Positions 39,830 to 51,006 of a DNA stretch of 64,000 nt are shown here, one piece after another. The translations under genes were made by a program, and so were the position numbers. This stretch comes from a bacterium. Lineage in GTDB: Bacteria; UBA8248. Numbering within the stretch: position 1 is the first letter of the stretch; every line of letters starts with the position of its first letter. The notes under the pieces were generated by a model. It saw only the letters and a list, made by a program, of their open reading frames with translations, was not told the DNA's origin and ran no database searches. Location: positions 2,880,001-2,944,000 of the forward strand of contig CBDBZU010000004.1 in assembly GCA_965213625.1 (NCBI GenBank), in the 5' to 3' direction.

Positions 39830-40384
39830 ATGACTCCACAGCCACAACATTCTCGCGGTTCCCTTTCGCCCAGTCTGGAACATTATCTTCGCGCCATATT
39901 CGACCTTCAGGAGAGTAAAGGTTACGCGCGCGTGACGGATATCGCCTCCATGCTGGGTGTGGCGAAGCCGGCAGTCTCAGCTGCGGTGAAGACTCTGCGC
40001 TCCAATGGCCTTGTGTCTCACCGTGTATACGAAAGCATACTTTTGACGGAAGAAGGCGCTAAGCGGGCCAAGGGCGTATCAGGTAAATTCTCTATCCTGA
40101 TGCACTTCCTCACAGACGTTCTGGGCGTGGAAGAAGAGCAAGCCTTTGTCGACGCCTGCGTGATGGAGCACTACGTTAGTGGGAACTCCATAGACAGGCT
40201 TCTCGACCTACTGCGCTTTTTCGAAGAGCACGGCAATCAGGAAATTCTGGAGAAATTTCATCAGTTCCGACGCTCATGTGAGAGCGTCGAAACATGCCCG
40301 ACATGTTCTTACCATTGCGATATCAGCGTTATCGATTTCGACGATATGTCCAAAAAAATAAAGCAATCCAAACGACAACTCTGA
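39830..40384 (+). CDS. DtxR/MntR-family metal-dependent regulator with Cys-rich tail
   Basis: SLEHYLRAI..ARVTDIA..LGVAKPAVS, LTEEG, DACVMEH; tail CESVETCPTCSYHC. Confidence 0.88.
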   Translation: MTPQPQHSRGSLSPSLEHYLRAIFDLQESKGYARVTDIASMLGVAKPAVSAAVKTLRSNGLVSHRVYESILLTEEGAKRAKGVSGKFSILMHFLTDVLGVEEEQAFVDACVMEHYVSGNSIDRLLDLLRFFEEHGNQEILEKFHQFRRSCESVETCPTCSYHCDISVIDFDDMSKKIKQSKRQL

Positions 40385-40476
40385 AATTTTCGAGTTTGTT
40401 GTACCCCTACTCACTCTGGAGCCAACTTCACATGATACGGCCAAATAGTCGCCATCCTGAACAGGAGAAGGAACTT

Positions 40477-41547
40477 ATGTTTGCAGTACTAAACCGAGAA
40501 AAGTGTGCGAGGCTGTACGTTGGAATTTCCATGTTCGTCATCTTGGCTATTCTGGCCTTTGGTAGGACAATTGCCAGCGCTGAAGAGGTTGTAAACTTAT
40601 ACTCCTACCGGCAACCTTTTCTCATCAAGCCGATTCTGAAAGCGTTCACTGAAAAAACGGGCATCAAGACCAATATCGTTTTTGCGAAAAAAGGTATGCT
40701 CGAGAAAATCAAGGCGACACCAGGGGCGGCAGATGCCGTGTTGACTGTGGACATTGGTCGTCTCCACGACATGGATGAGGCAGGGTTGTTGCAGCCCGTA
40801 CAGTCGAAAGTATTGGAGCAGAATATCCCCTCCTCCTATCGACATCCCAAAGGCCATTGGTTTGGTCTTACGCTGCGCGGGCGCGTCATATATGCCAGCA
40901 AAAAGCGGGTAAAACCGGGTGCAGTTTCCCGCTATGAAGATTTGGTTGATCCGAAATGGAAAGGCCGAATTTGTACGCGTTCGGGCAAACACGTCTACAA
41001 CGTATCTCTGTTCGCTTCCATAGTGACACATTCGGGCGAAGCGAAAGCCAAGAAATGGTTGATGGGTCTCAAGTCCAACCTCGCACGTAAGCCCAGTGGC
41101 AACGACCGTGCGCAAGCCAAAGCCATTTACGCGGGAGAATGCGATCTAGCTATAGCCAATACGTATTACATGGCGAAAATGGCGACAAACAAGAAAAAGA
41201 AAGTTCAAAGAGAATGGGCGAAAGCCGTATACATCGTATTTCCCAATCAAAAGGATAGGGGAACGCACGTCAACATCAGCGGCGCCGCCGTTACCAAGCA
41301 TGCGAAAAACCGGGGAAATGCAGTCCGCCTCATCGAGTTCTTGAGCGGTGAATATGCGCAAAAATTGTACGCCGACCAGAATTATGAATACCCACTGAAA
41401 AAGGGCGTGAAGACACATCCACTCGTCGATTCATGGGGAAAATTCAAGGCCGATACAATCAATTTGGCCAAAGTGGCGAATAAGCGGGCTGTCGCCTCCA
41501 AATTGGTGGACAAGGTAGATTACAATAACTTCAGACCCAGCAATTAG
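40477..41547 (+). CDS. Fe3+ ABC transporter substrate-binding protein (FutA/FbpA-like)
   Basis: VNLYSYRQ, TVDIGRL, WFGLTLR, RSGKHVYN, GNDRAQ, NTYY, GTHVNISG. Confidence 0.92.
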   Translation: MFAVLNREKCARLYVGISMFVILAILAFGRTIASAEEVVNLYSYRQPFLIKPILKAFTEKTGIKTNIVFAKKGMLEKIKATPGAADAVLTVDIGRLHDMDEAGLLQPVQSKVLEQNIPSSYRHPKGHWFGLTLRGRVIYASKKRVKPGAVSRYEDLVDPKWKGRICTRSGKHVYNVSLFASIVTHSGEAKAKKWLMGLKSNLARKPSGNDRAQAKAIYAGECDLAIANTYYMAKMATNKKKKVQREWAKAVYIVFPNQKDRGTHVNISGAAVTKHAKNRGNAVRLIEFLSGEYAQKLYADQNYEYPLKKGVKTHPLVDSWGKFKADTINLAKVANKRAVASKLVDKVDYNNFRPSN

Positions 41548-41558
41548 CTGCTAGTAAC

Positions 41559-41616
41559 AAGACCCCAAAAGTCTTAATATCCTCATCAGGATACAGGGGC
41601 TTTTGGGGTCTTTGTT
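41559..41616 (+). terminator. Intercistronic hairpin (partial terminator or mRNA stabiliser)
   Basis: AAGACCCCAAAAG...CTTTTGGGGTCTT followed by TGTTT, between the SBP and permease genes. Confidence 0.6.
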
Positions 41617-41673
41617 TATATCAAGAGATTCCGAGAGGCGATTACTTGAAGTAAGTCTTGTGGCAGGGACGGC

Positions 41674-43368
41674 ATGAGTGCAGGTGCTGGATTAAACATA
41701 GTAGCCTTCCCTTTGCGTTTGGCTAAATGGTTTCAAGTAGATATCTGGACGAGTGGAACCCTTCTGCTCGCATTATTCATAGCGGCTCCTCTCCTGTCAG
41801 TAGGTTTTCTCGCTCTCCAGCCTAGTGGTGACATCTGGCATCACTTGCTTACGACTGTATTATCTCGCTATGTAATGACCACTATCGGACTGATGATGGG
41901 AGTTGGCATTGGCACATTACTCATCGGCACTGGCACCGCATGGCTGGTGACCCTATGCCGATTCCCGGGGAGACGAATTTTTGAATGGGCGCTCCTCCTG
42001 CCTCTGGCGATGCCGGCATATGTCGTGGCCTATGTATATACCGACGTATTCGAGTTTGCGGGCCCGGCGCAGACGCTATTGCGAGCTATATTTGGGTGGG
42101 AATCAAGTCGAGACTACTGGTTTCCGGAGATACGTTCTCTCGGCGGCGCAATTTTCGTGATGACGGTCACGCTTTACCCTTATGTTTACCTGCTCGCGCG
42201 CGTCGCTTTTGTACAGCAATCAGTTTGCATATTGGAGGTGAGTAGAACTTTGGGCAAAACCGCATGGCAGAGTTTTTTTTCCATCGCCCTGCCCTCGGCA
42301 CGCCCATCCCTCATCATCGGTGTCAGTCTCGTTCTGATGGAAGCATTGAATGACTTTGGGACGGTTGATTTCTTTGCAGTTGAGACGCTTACGGCTGGAA
42401 TTTTTGACGTGTGGCTCAACATGAACAATCTACCAGGCGCTGCCCAACTTGCCGTTGTCGCCCTTTGTTTCGTCTTGCTTCTTTTATGGGCAGAGAGAAA
42501 ATCGCGCAGCAATCAAAGATATTTTAATATGTCCACTAAATATCAAGCCCTTCCATGTTACCAATTGCGCGGCGTAAAGAAGTTTGGGGCGGTGATCTCG
42601 TGTCTGTTGCCAATCGGCCTCGGCTTCATACTGCCATCATGTATTTTGGGTTATTACGCCTGGAGTTATTATGAGGAAAGCATTTCTCGTGACTTTTATT
42701 CCATTCTTTCAAATAGCCTGATTTTATCGACACTAAGCGCAACTCTATCCGTGCTGGCAGGTATTTATCTTGCGTATGCAGTGCGCCTGAAGGATAACAA
42801 GTTACTGAAATCGACTGCCCGGTTCGCCAGTATCGGATATGCCGTACCCGGTGCGGTTCTCGCCGTCGGTGTCCTGTTTCCCATGGGCAAGATGGATGTA
42901 TTCATCCAAGGATTTCTCAAGAATAATTTTAATATCTCTGCGGGTCTGCTTTTTAGCGGCACAATCGCGGCTGTCACCTATGGATATCTGACTCGTTTTC
43001 TGGCGCTTTCCTACGGCACCATGGAAGCCAGTCTTGTGAGAATTACGCCCAACATGGATGGCGCCGCTCGTACGCTTGGCCTGGGTCCAGCCAGAACACT
43101 TAAACGTATTCACTTACCCATGATACGTGGCGGTATCCTGGCGGCAGCGATTTTGGTTTTTGTAGATACGATGAAAGAACTTCCAATGACGATCATATTG
43201 CGTCCGTTTAATTTTGAAACACTGGCAACGCATGTCCACCAACTGGCGTCAGATGAGCTATTAGAAGAAAGTGCGCTTGGTTCTTTGAGCATCGTAGCGG
43301 CTGGGTTATTGCCAGTCGTTTATTTGAGCCGAACCATTCGAGACGCGCGCCCCGGAGCAGGAAAATGA
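41674..43368 (+). CDS. Fe3+ ABC transporter permease (FutB/FbpB-like)
   Basis: LPLAMPAYV, YPYVYL, LNDFG, GYAVPG, KELP...LRPFNFETLA. Confidence 0.92.
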   Translation: MSAGAGLNIVAFPLRLAKWFQVDIWTSGTLLLALFIAAPLLSVGFLALQPSGDIWHHLLTTVLSRYVMTTIGLMMGVGIGTLLIGTGTAWLVTLCRFPGRRIFEWALLLPLAMPAYVVAYVYTDVFEFAGPAQTLLRAIFGWESSRDYWFPEIRSLGGAIFVMTVTLYPYVYLLARVAFVQQSVCILEVSRTLGKTAWQSFFSIALPSARPSLIIGVSLVLMEALNDFGTVDFFAVETLTAGIFDVWLNMNNLPGAAQLAVVALCFVLLLLWAERKSRSNQRYFNMSTKYQALPCYQLRGVKKFGAVISCLLPIGLGFILPSCILGYYAWSYYEESISRDFYSILSNSLILSTLSATLSVLAGIYLAYAVRLKDNKLLKSTARFASIGYAVPGAVLAVGVLFPMGKMDVFIQGFLKNNFNISAGLLFSGTIAAVTYGYLTRFLALSYGTMEASLVRITPNMDGAARTLGLGPARTLKRIHLPMIRGGILAAAILVFVDTMKELPMTIILRPFNFETLATHVHQLASDELLEESALGSLSIVAAGLLPVVYLSRTIRDARPGAGK

Positions 43369-43382
43369 GGATCATGCTCTAA

Positions 43383-44456
43383 ATGGCCAAACTCGATATT
43401 GAAAAAATTTCACATTCATATGGCAGCAAAGGAGTCATCGGAAATTTATCCTTGACTATCGAGGATGGTGAGGTTGCATGCCTGCTGGGTCCTTCTGGAT
43501 GCGGCAAGACAACATTGCTGCGTTTGGTGGCTGGGCTGACTTCCCTGCAATCTGGAAGGGTTCGCCTCGACGAAAATGTGATATCCGATCCCACAAGTGG
43601 TATAGAGACGCCACCGGAACAGAGAAATGTGGGGTTCATGTTTCAGGATTATGCCCTTTTCCCCCACTTGAATGTATTGCAAAACATCACCTTCGGCTTC
43701 AATAACCCTTCACCTGATATTATGGCTGAAATACAAAGAGCTATGATTCAAATGGATATCGTAGAATTAACCGATGCTTACCCACACACTCTGTCAGGCG
43801 GCCAGCAACAACGCGTAGCCCTGCTTCGGGCATTGGCGCCTCTTCCTAGACTTCTACTTTTAGATGAACCATTTACCGGGCTTGATATCAGTCTGCGAGC
43901 CCAGGTGCGGGAAGATACGCTGAGATTAATTAAGCAAATGGGCGTAACCACGCTGATGGTCACGCACGACCCACAAGAAGCGATGTATATGGCCGACCAT
44001 ATTTTGATCATGCGAGACGGAAAAGTTGAACAAAGCGGCTCGCCTCGAGAAATTTACCAATTCCCTGCCACGGAGTTTGCCGCTCGTTTTGTAGGGCAGA
44101 CAAATATATTGCAAGGCATCGTTTTATCGGCCGGTTATGATGAGGTGATGACGAGCATTGGAGCAGTACCATGCCTCTCCATGCGCGACCTTGAATTCGG
44201 CACGGATGCTTTTATCTCCATCAGGCCCGAGAGTTTTGAAATCAACCCGAACGGTCCATTTGGGGCGAAGGTTTGCACCATACGCTATGTGGGACAATCT
44301 ATTCTGTTGGAAGTTGAAATAATCAATGAAATCGGCAAGGGGCACCGACTGAAAATGCGCGTACACCCTAATTTAAGGGTAGACGTCGGTGAAGAGATAA
44401 GATTTCGTATTATGCCGGATTTTGTAACAGTGATTGAGGATCCACTCGATGATTAG
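43383..44456 (+). CDS. Fe3+ ABC transporter ATP-binding protein (FutC/FbpC-like)
   Basis: GPSGCGKTT, FQDYALFPHL, LSGGQQQR, LLDEPF. Confidence 0.92.
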   Translation: MAKLDIEKISHSYGSKGVIGNLSLTIEDGEVACLLGPSGCGKTTLLRLVAGLTSLQSGRVRLDENVISDPTSGIETPPEQRNVGFMFQDYALFPHLNVLQNITFGFNNPSPDIMAEIQRAMIQMDIVELTDAYPHTLSGGQQQRVALLRALAPLPRLLLLDEPFTGLDISLRAQVREDTLRLIKQMGVTTLMVTHDPQEAMYMADHILIMRDGKVEQSGSPREIYQFPATEFAARFVGQTNILQGIVLSAGYDEVMTSIGAVPCLSMRDLEFGTDAFISIRPESFEINPNGPFGAKVCTIRYVGQSILLEVEIINEIGKGHRLKMRVHPNLRVDVGEEIRFRIMPDFVTVIEDPLDD

Positions 44457-45867
44457 TTGCCTTTCGTAGCAATTTGCCAATTGCATTCACGTTCTCCAAT
44501 TCTTCGACTGCCATTACCAGCGCCATCAATTCTTCTACCTCTAGAGGTGAGAGACTGCGTAGGGCATTGTCTTTAAATTTCTCATAAACATCTTCATCCA
44601 TGAATGGATTTTCAGCACACCCTCTTTGATGCTTTTCCTCCTCAATGAAGGTGCTCCCATCATCAAGCTGAACTTCTACGACGCCAGGAAAGAACCTCGG
44701 AAAATCCTGCGAGTCATCCTGGATGAAGGAGACTTTGTTCGCCAGCGCCAGTACTGCAGGATCTGCTATCGCATTTTTTTCGAAATCATCTACACCACAT
44801 TTGCCCCTAACGAAAATACTCGCCAAACAATAAGGCAAAGAGAATTTTGCGTCGTATTCACCTCGAGGTTTTCGCTTTACCTCGATCGGGTCAAGCACCA
44901 GATCAATAGCCCCTTTGGCTGCATGACAAATGATATTTTTGATTTTGGCGTGATGTATTTTCTCACGTTCTTTGAGGCGCAATCCGGCATCCAGAAACGC
45001 ATGAATCACATGGCCGCAAGGATAGGGTTTGAAGCCAATCGCCAAAGTCTCCCAAGTTTCACTCAAACCTTGCGTTAGTGCTTCTACCTCATAATTATCA
45101 TCACCCAGATGGCTCTTGAGTAAGCCGAACCTCCCCTCAAAAACGGTTTGTGGTCCTGCGAAATCATGACTCGCGAGAATCGTGGAACAAATACCGCCAT
45201 GCGACGCCCAACCGGGATGCAGCGCTTTAACGGGGCTCCCATTTTCGAGGTATTCAAAGAGCCCAGCAGCCATACTTCCGCATATGCCGAGGGCCCAGTT
45301 CATTCTTTCAGCGCTTAATCCACTCTGAAGCGCATAGGCTATAGCAGCGCCAAAAGTACCGGCTATGGCGGTCATGTGGAAGCCTCGGGCATGGAATTTG
45401 CCAGGAGCGGCCAATCCGATTCTGATTTCTGATTCAAACCCGGCCACGCAGGCACGAATCATATCTTGTCCTGATTTCCGGAATGCCTCCGCTCCTGCAA
45501 AGGCCGCAGGCACGACCGGGGCTGCGGTGTGGATGATCGACTTCGCGTGTGTATCGTCAAAATCGAGGGAATGGCCCAACGCACCATTCAAAAAAGCAGC
45601 GTTAGACGCAGGCATTAGGTTTTTCTCTCCTATTGCACTGCAAGGCCCAAACTCATAAGAGGTACTTTCTGAAGCTGGGATTTTTCCGGTTATGGCATTC
45701 GCCATTGCCCGCAAAGGTTTATCAATTTCCGTCGAACAAGCTGCCAGGGCAATCCCTAAAAAATCAAGGACTAATAGTTTTGCTTGATGAACCACCTTGG
45801 GAGGAATGTCAGCAAATGCCAAGTCATGGGAAAATCGGCACAATGTTTCATTGGGTGTTGATGGCAC
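44410..45867 (-). CDS. MmgE/PrpD-family protein
   Basis: AAFLNG..GHSLDFDDTH, RGFH, K..HPG, EGRFG, KPYPCG, AKFSLPY. Confidence 0.9.
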   Translation of the reverse strand: MPSTPNETLCRFSHDLAFADIPPKVVHQAKLLVLDFLGIALAACSTEIDKPLRAMANAITGKIPASESTSYEFGPCSAIGEKNLMPASNAAFLNGALGHSLDFDDTHAKSIIHTAAPVVPAAFAGAEAFRKSGQDMIRACVAGFESEIRIGLAAPGKFHARGFHMTAIAGTFGAAIAYALQSGLSAERMNWALGICGSMAAGLFEYLENGSPVKALHPGWASHGGICSTILASHDFAGPQTVFEGRFGLLKSHLGDDNYEVEALTQGLSETWETLAIGFKPYPCGHVIHAFLDAGLRLKEREKIHHAKIKNIICHAAKGAIDLVLDPIEVKRKPRGEYDAKFSLPYCLASIFVRGKCGVDDFEKNAIADPAVLALANKVSFIQDDSQDFPRFFPGVVEVQLDDGSTFIEEEKHQRGCAENPFMDEDVYEKFKDNALRSLSPLEVEELMALVMAVEELENVNAIGKLLRKATNHRVDPQSLLQNPA

Positions 45868-45868
45868 G

Positions 45869-46885
45869 TTATTTCAATCCTTCCTGAACTTTTGGAAACA
45901 CTTCCTCAGCCAACATCTCCATTGTTTCCAATACGAGGGACTGAGGCATCCCTGGCCATTGAATACTCATTATAAGGTGATTGATACCGAGGTCCGCTAG
46001 TTCCAGTATGCTTTCTGCAACTTCGTCCGGCGAGCCGAGGATGAACCTGTCTTCCAATAAATCATCGAATTGCTGCCCTAAATCGTCATCTCCTTTGGGC
46101 ATGGCCTTATCTTGGCCCCAACGGTGGTATTCCCGATATTTTATCTCGAGATAGGGTTTACTCAGGCGAATTGCTTCCGATCGGTCTTTTGCGACAAATA
46201 CTTCGCGCCGCATAGGGAATTCATCTGGAAAAGGTTTGCCGATTTCACCCAGTGTCCTGCGATAAAGCTCAATTTGACGCTTTGTGGTGTCGAGGCGATT
46301 GTGCGGATTGACGTAATAACAATCGCCTAATCTAGCGGCACGCCGAATGCCAGCATCGCTATTCGCTCCAATCCAAATTGGAGGATGTGGCTTCTGAACA
46401 GGTTTCATAGGACAAGACGCTTCGATGAGTTCGAAGTGAGAACCTTCCATCGACACTTTTTCTTCTGACCAAAGTCGCTTTATTGCCTCCAGGTTTTCCT
46501 CGAGACGCTTCACCCTCTCCTTTTGCGTTGTACCGAATCCTCTGAATTCCACTTCTCGGTAGCCGAGTCCAGCGCCGAATATGAGCTTCCCGTTTGACAT
46601 CACGTCAATGGTTGCCAACTGCTCAGCGATATCCATCGGCTTGTGTAAGGACAGGAGCACAATGCCGGCATTGAGACGCAATTTCGGAGCTTCCGCGTTG
46701 ATGCGAGCGAGAAAAGGTAATTGCTGAAAATCCTGGAGAGGATATGCGCTATAATGATTCCCTTTAGTGATTGATACGAATCCAAGTTCTTGCGCTTTTC
46801 TGGCTTGCTCCATCAATTCTCGAAACCGAGACTGCATCTCATCTTCCAGAGTGAATTGACCTCTAAGCATGATACCAAATTGCAT
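45869..46885 (-). CDS. LLM-class flavin-dependent oxidoreductase
   Basis: AEQLATIDVMSNGK..FGAGLGYREVEF, KPVQKPHPPIWIG, LGSPDEV. Confidence 0.9.
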   Translation of the reverse strand: MQFGIMLRGQFTLEDEMQSRFRELMEQARKAQELGFVSITKGNHYSAYPLQDFQQLPFLARINAEAPKLRLNAGIVLLSLHKPMDIAEQLATIDVMSNGKLIFGAGLGYREVEFRGFGTTQKERVKRLEENLEAIKRLWSEEKVSMEGSHFELIEASCPMKPVQKPHPPIWIGANSDAGIRRAARLGDCYYVNPHNRLDTTKRQIELYRRTLGEIGKPFPDEFPMRREVFVAKDRSEAIRLSKPYLEIKYREYHRWGQDKAMPKGDDDLGQQFDDLLEDRFILGSPDEVAESILELADLGINHLIMSIQWPGMPQSLVLETMEMLAEEVFPKVQEGLK

Positions 46886-47002
46886 GTTCGCACCTTCTCA
46901 ATTGGAGGAAGCGTTTCGTTTTGGGGTTGGGCGCAAGTAAACGGAGTCATCACCTGCATAGAAACCATATTTGTTGCATGCCATTTCTAAGGTATGGAAG
47001 CG

Positions 47003-49825
47003 TTAAGCTCTTCCGCAGCAAAACTTATATTTTTTGCCACTGCCGCAAGGACAAGGATCATTGCGGCCAACTTTGGGAGCAGACCGCCTGACAGGAGTAG
47101 ATGTCTGTATCGCCTCTCCAGTGGGAGCATCTCCAAATCCCGATGCATCCGCATGGGAAAATACCATTTCTTGTTCATGGCGCGATTCTTCCAGGGCAAC
47201 ATCTTCATCCGAAATATCGAGTCGATACATATAGAGAACCGTTTCCGCTTCAATTCTCTCCGTCATTGTCCCGAACATGTCGTAAGCTTCTTTCTTGTAT
47301 TCGTTCAAGGGGTTTACCTGCGCATAGCCCCTAAGCCCAATTCCTTCTTTCAGTTGTTCTATGTTGGTTAGGTGGTCTTTCCATTGTGTATCCAATATTT
47401 GGATATAAATGAGTTTGGAGAGTTCCAGGACCGTCTCAAGATCAAAACCGCGGTATTTCTCCTCAAAAACGTTCTGCGCGAGATCGTGAACTCTTTGAAT
47501 GAGTTCATCTCTTAATTCCTCTTCAATATCCACCACTAAGGGCTCGGAGGTCGTGAAAATGACTTTTTGCCCCTCCACCGTCGCATGGATACCATATTGA
47601 CTCTCAACCGCGCCTGCGAAAGCCTCCAAATCCCAGTCTTCAAAATGTTCCGATTCCGGCAAATGCAAATCAGCAATGGAATCAAGAATACCAGATGCAA
47701 ATTCTCTGATTCGATCGATCACATCTGCACCTTCTAAAATCTCTCGACGCATTGAATAGATAACTTCGCGTTGCTTATTCATCACATCATCGTATTCGAG
47801 AAGGTGTTTTCTCATCTCGAAATGATGCGCCTCGACGCGTTTTTGGGCGTTCTCTATGGCACGCGTCACCATTTTTGCCTCAATGGGCACCCCCTCTTCC
47901 ATGCCCAACTTTTCCATCAAGCCCTTGATTCTGTCAGAGCCAAAAATGCGTAATAAATCGTCCTCGAGGGAAAGATGAAATCGCGAACTTCCAGGATCGC
48001 CCTGCCTGCCCGATCGGCCACGGAGTTGGTTGTCGATGCGACGGCTTTCATGCCGCTCGGTACCCAGCACATGAAGGCCCCCCAGCTTAACAACTTCGTC
48101 ATGCTCGACTTGGCACGACGCTTGGAACTCCTTCAAAGCCTCCTCAAACTCAGGACCTTCGTTCGTGTTCGTCTTAGTAAAAGCGAGAAATTCCGGATTG
48201 CCGCCAAGAAGGATGTCCGTTCCACGGCCCGCCATATTGGTGGAGATGGTAACAGCTCCCTTACGCCCTGCCTGTGCGATGATTTCCGCTTCTTTACTGT
48301 GGTTTTTTGCATTGAGCACATGATGTGGAATCCGTCTTCTTTTCAGAATCGAGGAAAGTCTTTCACTTTTTTCTATGTTGATTGTTCCTACCAGTACCGG
48401 TTGTCCGCTCTTATGGCATTCGAATATCTCATCCACAACGGCATCAATCTTTTCTCGTTCTGAGCGAAAGACCACATCTGGATATTCGGTACGAATCAAT
48501 TCGCGATTCGTCGGCACAATTGCAACATCTATTTTGTAAGTAGAATTAAATTCCGCTGCTTCGGTATCCGCTGTACCTGTCATGCCGGCCAATTTGTTGT
48601 AAAGCCTGAAATAATTCTGGAACGTGATGGTCGCCAAAGTTACATTTTCTTCCTGAATCTTTACGTTTTCTTTGGCCTCCAGGGCTTGATGAAGTCCATC
48701 ACTAAAACGCCGGCCCGGCATCATGCGCCCGGTGAACTCGTCGACAATGACAACCTCGTTGTCCTTCACAACATAATCGATATCTTTAGTAAAAAGGACA
48801 TGAGCTTTCAGTGCCTGTTCTACATGATGCAGCACGGTGATACTGTTCATGTCATACAGACTTTGGTCATTCGACATGATGCCGGAGCGGCGGAGAAGTT
48901 TTTCGGCTTCATGCCCACCCGCTTCTTTTAGGTTCACCGTTCGGCTTTTTTCATCAACAATTAGATATTCGTATTTTTTCTTACTAATGGCGTCTTTGCC
49001 ACCTTCGACATATCCGTCATCTTCTTCCTCATTCGCTTTTTCGACAACACCATGCCGTTCTTTGAGGAGAGGACGTATCACACGGTTTACAACGCCATAC
49101 ATTCGCGTGGCTTCATCAGCCGGCCCACTAATAATAAGAGGAGTTCTGGCTTCATCAATCAATATGCTGTCAACTTCATCTACGATTGCGTAATTTAATT
49201 CGCGTATGACACGGCTACCGGATTCGAATTTCATGTTGTCTCTTAAATAGTCGAACCCGAATTCATTGTTGGTGCCATATGTAATATCGCAGGCATATGC
49301 CAGACGACGTGCATCATCATCCATGCCATGCTGTATGCAGCCAACGGTAAGTCCTAGTGCCCTAAAGAGACGACCCATCCATTCTGAGTCACGACTCGCG
49401 AGATAATCGTTCACAGTTACAATGTGCACACCCTTGCCCTCCAAGGCATTCAAATAGGCGGCAAGAGTGGCGACAAGGGTTTTACCTTCCCCGGTTTTCA
49501 TCTCGGCAATTTTTCCACTGTGGAGAATCATGCCTCCGATGAGTTGAACGTCAAAATGTCGCATTTTGAGGTAACGCCAGCCCGCTTCACGCACCAAAGC
49601 GAACGCTTCCGGCAATATGTCTTCCAATGTTTCACCGGAGGCAAGCCGGTCTTTGTAGGATTCTGTTTCTTTACGCATCTGGTCGTCTGTCATCCCTTGA
49701 ATGCGGGATTCATGAGAATTGATTTCTGTGACTAACGGATGCATCGTTTTGAGAAGGCGATCATTCGCCGTCCCGAATACAGATTTGAACATTGAAATGC
49801 TTGCTCCAAGAACCGAGCCCATCAT
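47003..49825 (-). CDS. secA: Preprotein translocase ATPase SecA
   Basis: [42 protein letters not shown]-terminal [25 protein letters not shown]. Confidence 0.98.
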   Translation of the reverse strand: MMGSVLGASISMFKSVFGTANDRLLKTMHPLVTEINSHESRIQGMTDDQMRKETESYKDRLASGETLEDILPEAFALVREAGWRYLKMRHFDVQLIGGMILHSGKIAEMKTGEGKTLVATLAAYLNALEGKGVHIVTVNDYLASRDSEWMGRLFRALGLTVGCIQHGMDDDARRLAYACDITYGTNNEFGFDYLRDNMKFESGSRVIRELNYAIVDEVDSILIDEARTPLIISGPADEATRMYGVVNRVIRPLLKERHGVVEKANEEEDDGYVEGGKDAISKKKYEYLIVDEKSRTVNLKEAGGHEAEKLLRRSGIMSNDQSLYDMNSITVLHHVEQALKAHVLFTKDIDYVVKDNEVVIVDEFTGRMMPGRRFSDGLHQALEAKENVKIQEENVTLATITFQNYFRLYNKLAGMTGTADTEAAEFNSTYKIDVAIVPTNRELIRTEYPDVVFRSEREKIDAVVDEIFECHKSGQPVLVGTINIEKSERLSSILKRRRIPHHVLNAKNHSKEAEIIAQAGRKGAVTISTNMAGRGTDILLGGNPEFLAFTKTNTNEGPEFEEALKEFQASCQVEHDEVVKLGGLHVLGTERHESRRIDNQLRGRSGRQGDPGSSRFHLSLEDDLLRIFGSDRIKGLMEKLGMEEGVPIEAKMVTRAIENAQKRVEAHHFEMRKHLLEYDDVMNKQREVIYSMRREILEGADVIDRIREFASGILDSIADLHLPESEHFEDWDLEAFAGAVESQYGIHATVEGQKVIFTTSEPLVVDIEEELRDELIQRVHDLAQNVFEEKYRGFDLETVLELSKLIYIQILDTQWKDHLTNIEQLKEGIGLRGYAQVNPLNEYKKEAYDMFGTMTERIEAETVLYMYRLDISDEDVALEESRHEQEMVFSHADASGFGDAPTGEAIQTSTPVRRSAPKVGRNDPCPCGSGKKYKFCCGRA

Positions 49826-49936
49826 TCACAACTCCATTGGGGTTCAGGCGTACAATTCACCTTTAACTAAAAGATAGCCTACCATGGTGGTATAGGGAGA
49901 AAAAGCTGAGACCTCAAGCGGGGTGATGTATTTTAT

Positions 49937-50842
49937 TTACTCGACAATATAGAGTCTCGGGTTAACTGCGACTCCGTTGATTCGAACTTCATAGTGTAGA
50001 TGTGATCCGGTAGACCTTCCTGTGGAACCGACTTTAGCAATCATATCGCCTCTTTTTACTCGTTGACCGACTTTCACTAAATTTGCACTATTATGAGCAA
50101 ATGTGGTCACAATACCTTGCATGTGTTGTATTTTTACTAGTTTTCCAAAACCTCCCGCTCTTTTTGTGCTTATTACGACACCGTCGGCGGGTGCGTATAT
50201 GGGAGTTCCTTCTCTTGCCACAATATCAATTCCTGCATGAAATTCTCGTCGATTAGTAAATGGAGAACGCCTATAACCGAAACTGGAGGAGAGCCAGCCC
50301 TTAACAGGCCATACGGAGGGTGTATGTGCGAGTAATACACTTCTGTCACGGAATGCTCTCAATAGGTCTTTGTATGCGCTTTCTTGTTCGGCAGCGCGCT
50401 TTTCGATGTCTTGGAATTGACGATTTAATCTCCGAATGAACCTTTGCTCTGATGGGGCCATGCTTTCCAAATCATCTGGCAGTGCGTGTTTTGAAATACC
50501 ACCTACGCCGATGTCATCTTTCTGTTTACCGGGCTTCAATGAAGCCATGACCCGTAGTTGGTCTTCAAGTTGGCGGAGTTGTATCAAGTTATTGTCGAGC
50601 GTTTGAAGTTTGCTATTGAATTTTTCAAGAAGTTCTTTTTGCGTTTGGTATTGTCGTTCCAGTGGGAAAAGCTTGGCCAAATTCTCCACCAAGACAATTC
50701 TCTCTTTTGCAAGAAATATGGTCATTCCAACGAAAGAGGAAACAGCAAAGAAAAACAAAATCACCATACTCCTGGTGATGCTGAGGCGACGGGTTTTGCT
50801 GGAATTACTTGGAATCACCATAATGGTGTACTTCTTACCCAT
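49937..50842 (-). CDS. M23-family metallopeptidase (TM + coiled coil)
   Basis: PSVWPVKG, HAGID, FAH, GSTGRSTGSHLHYEV. Confidence 0.9.
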   Translation of the reverse strand: MGKKYTIMVIPSNSSKTRRLSITRSMVILFFFAVSSFVGMTIFLAKERIVLVENLAKLFPLERQYQTQKELLEKFNSKLQTLDNNLIQLRQLEDQLRVMASLKPGKQKDDIGVGGISKHALPDDLESMAPSEQRFIRRLNRQFQDIEKRAAEQESAYKDLLRAFRDRSVLLAHTPSVWPVKGWLSSSFGYRRSPFTNRREFHAGIDIVAREGTPIYAPADGVVISTKRAGGFGKLVKIQHMQGIVTTFAHNSANLVKVGQRVKRGDMIAKVGSTGRSTGSHLHYEVRINGVAVNPRLYIVE

Positions 50843-51006
50843 GGGGTACACCCCCCAAGAACTTGCCAAAATGGTTAGTTTGCAATTGAAAGTAAGTGTT
50901 TCCCCAGTCACTCACTTGTAATAGATAAAGCAAATTATCAAGGCAGTAGAGACAAGTCAAATTAATATTTAGATTGATATGCAGCTATATATACAGAGAC
51001 CCAAAT

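Noticed and set aside
50924-50939. GATAA-N6-TTATC as a dif site
   Set aside because: Lacks the TTATG..AA XerD arm on either strand; more likely a promoter-region palindrome
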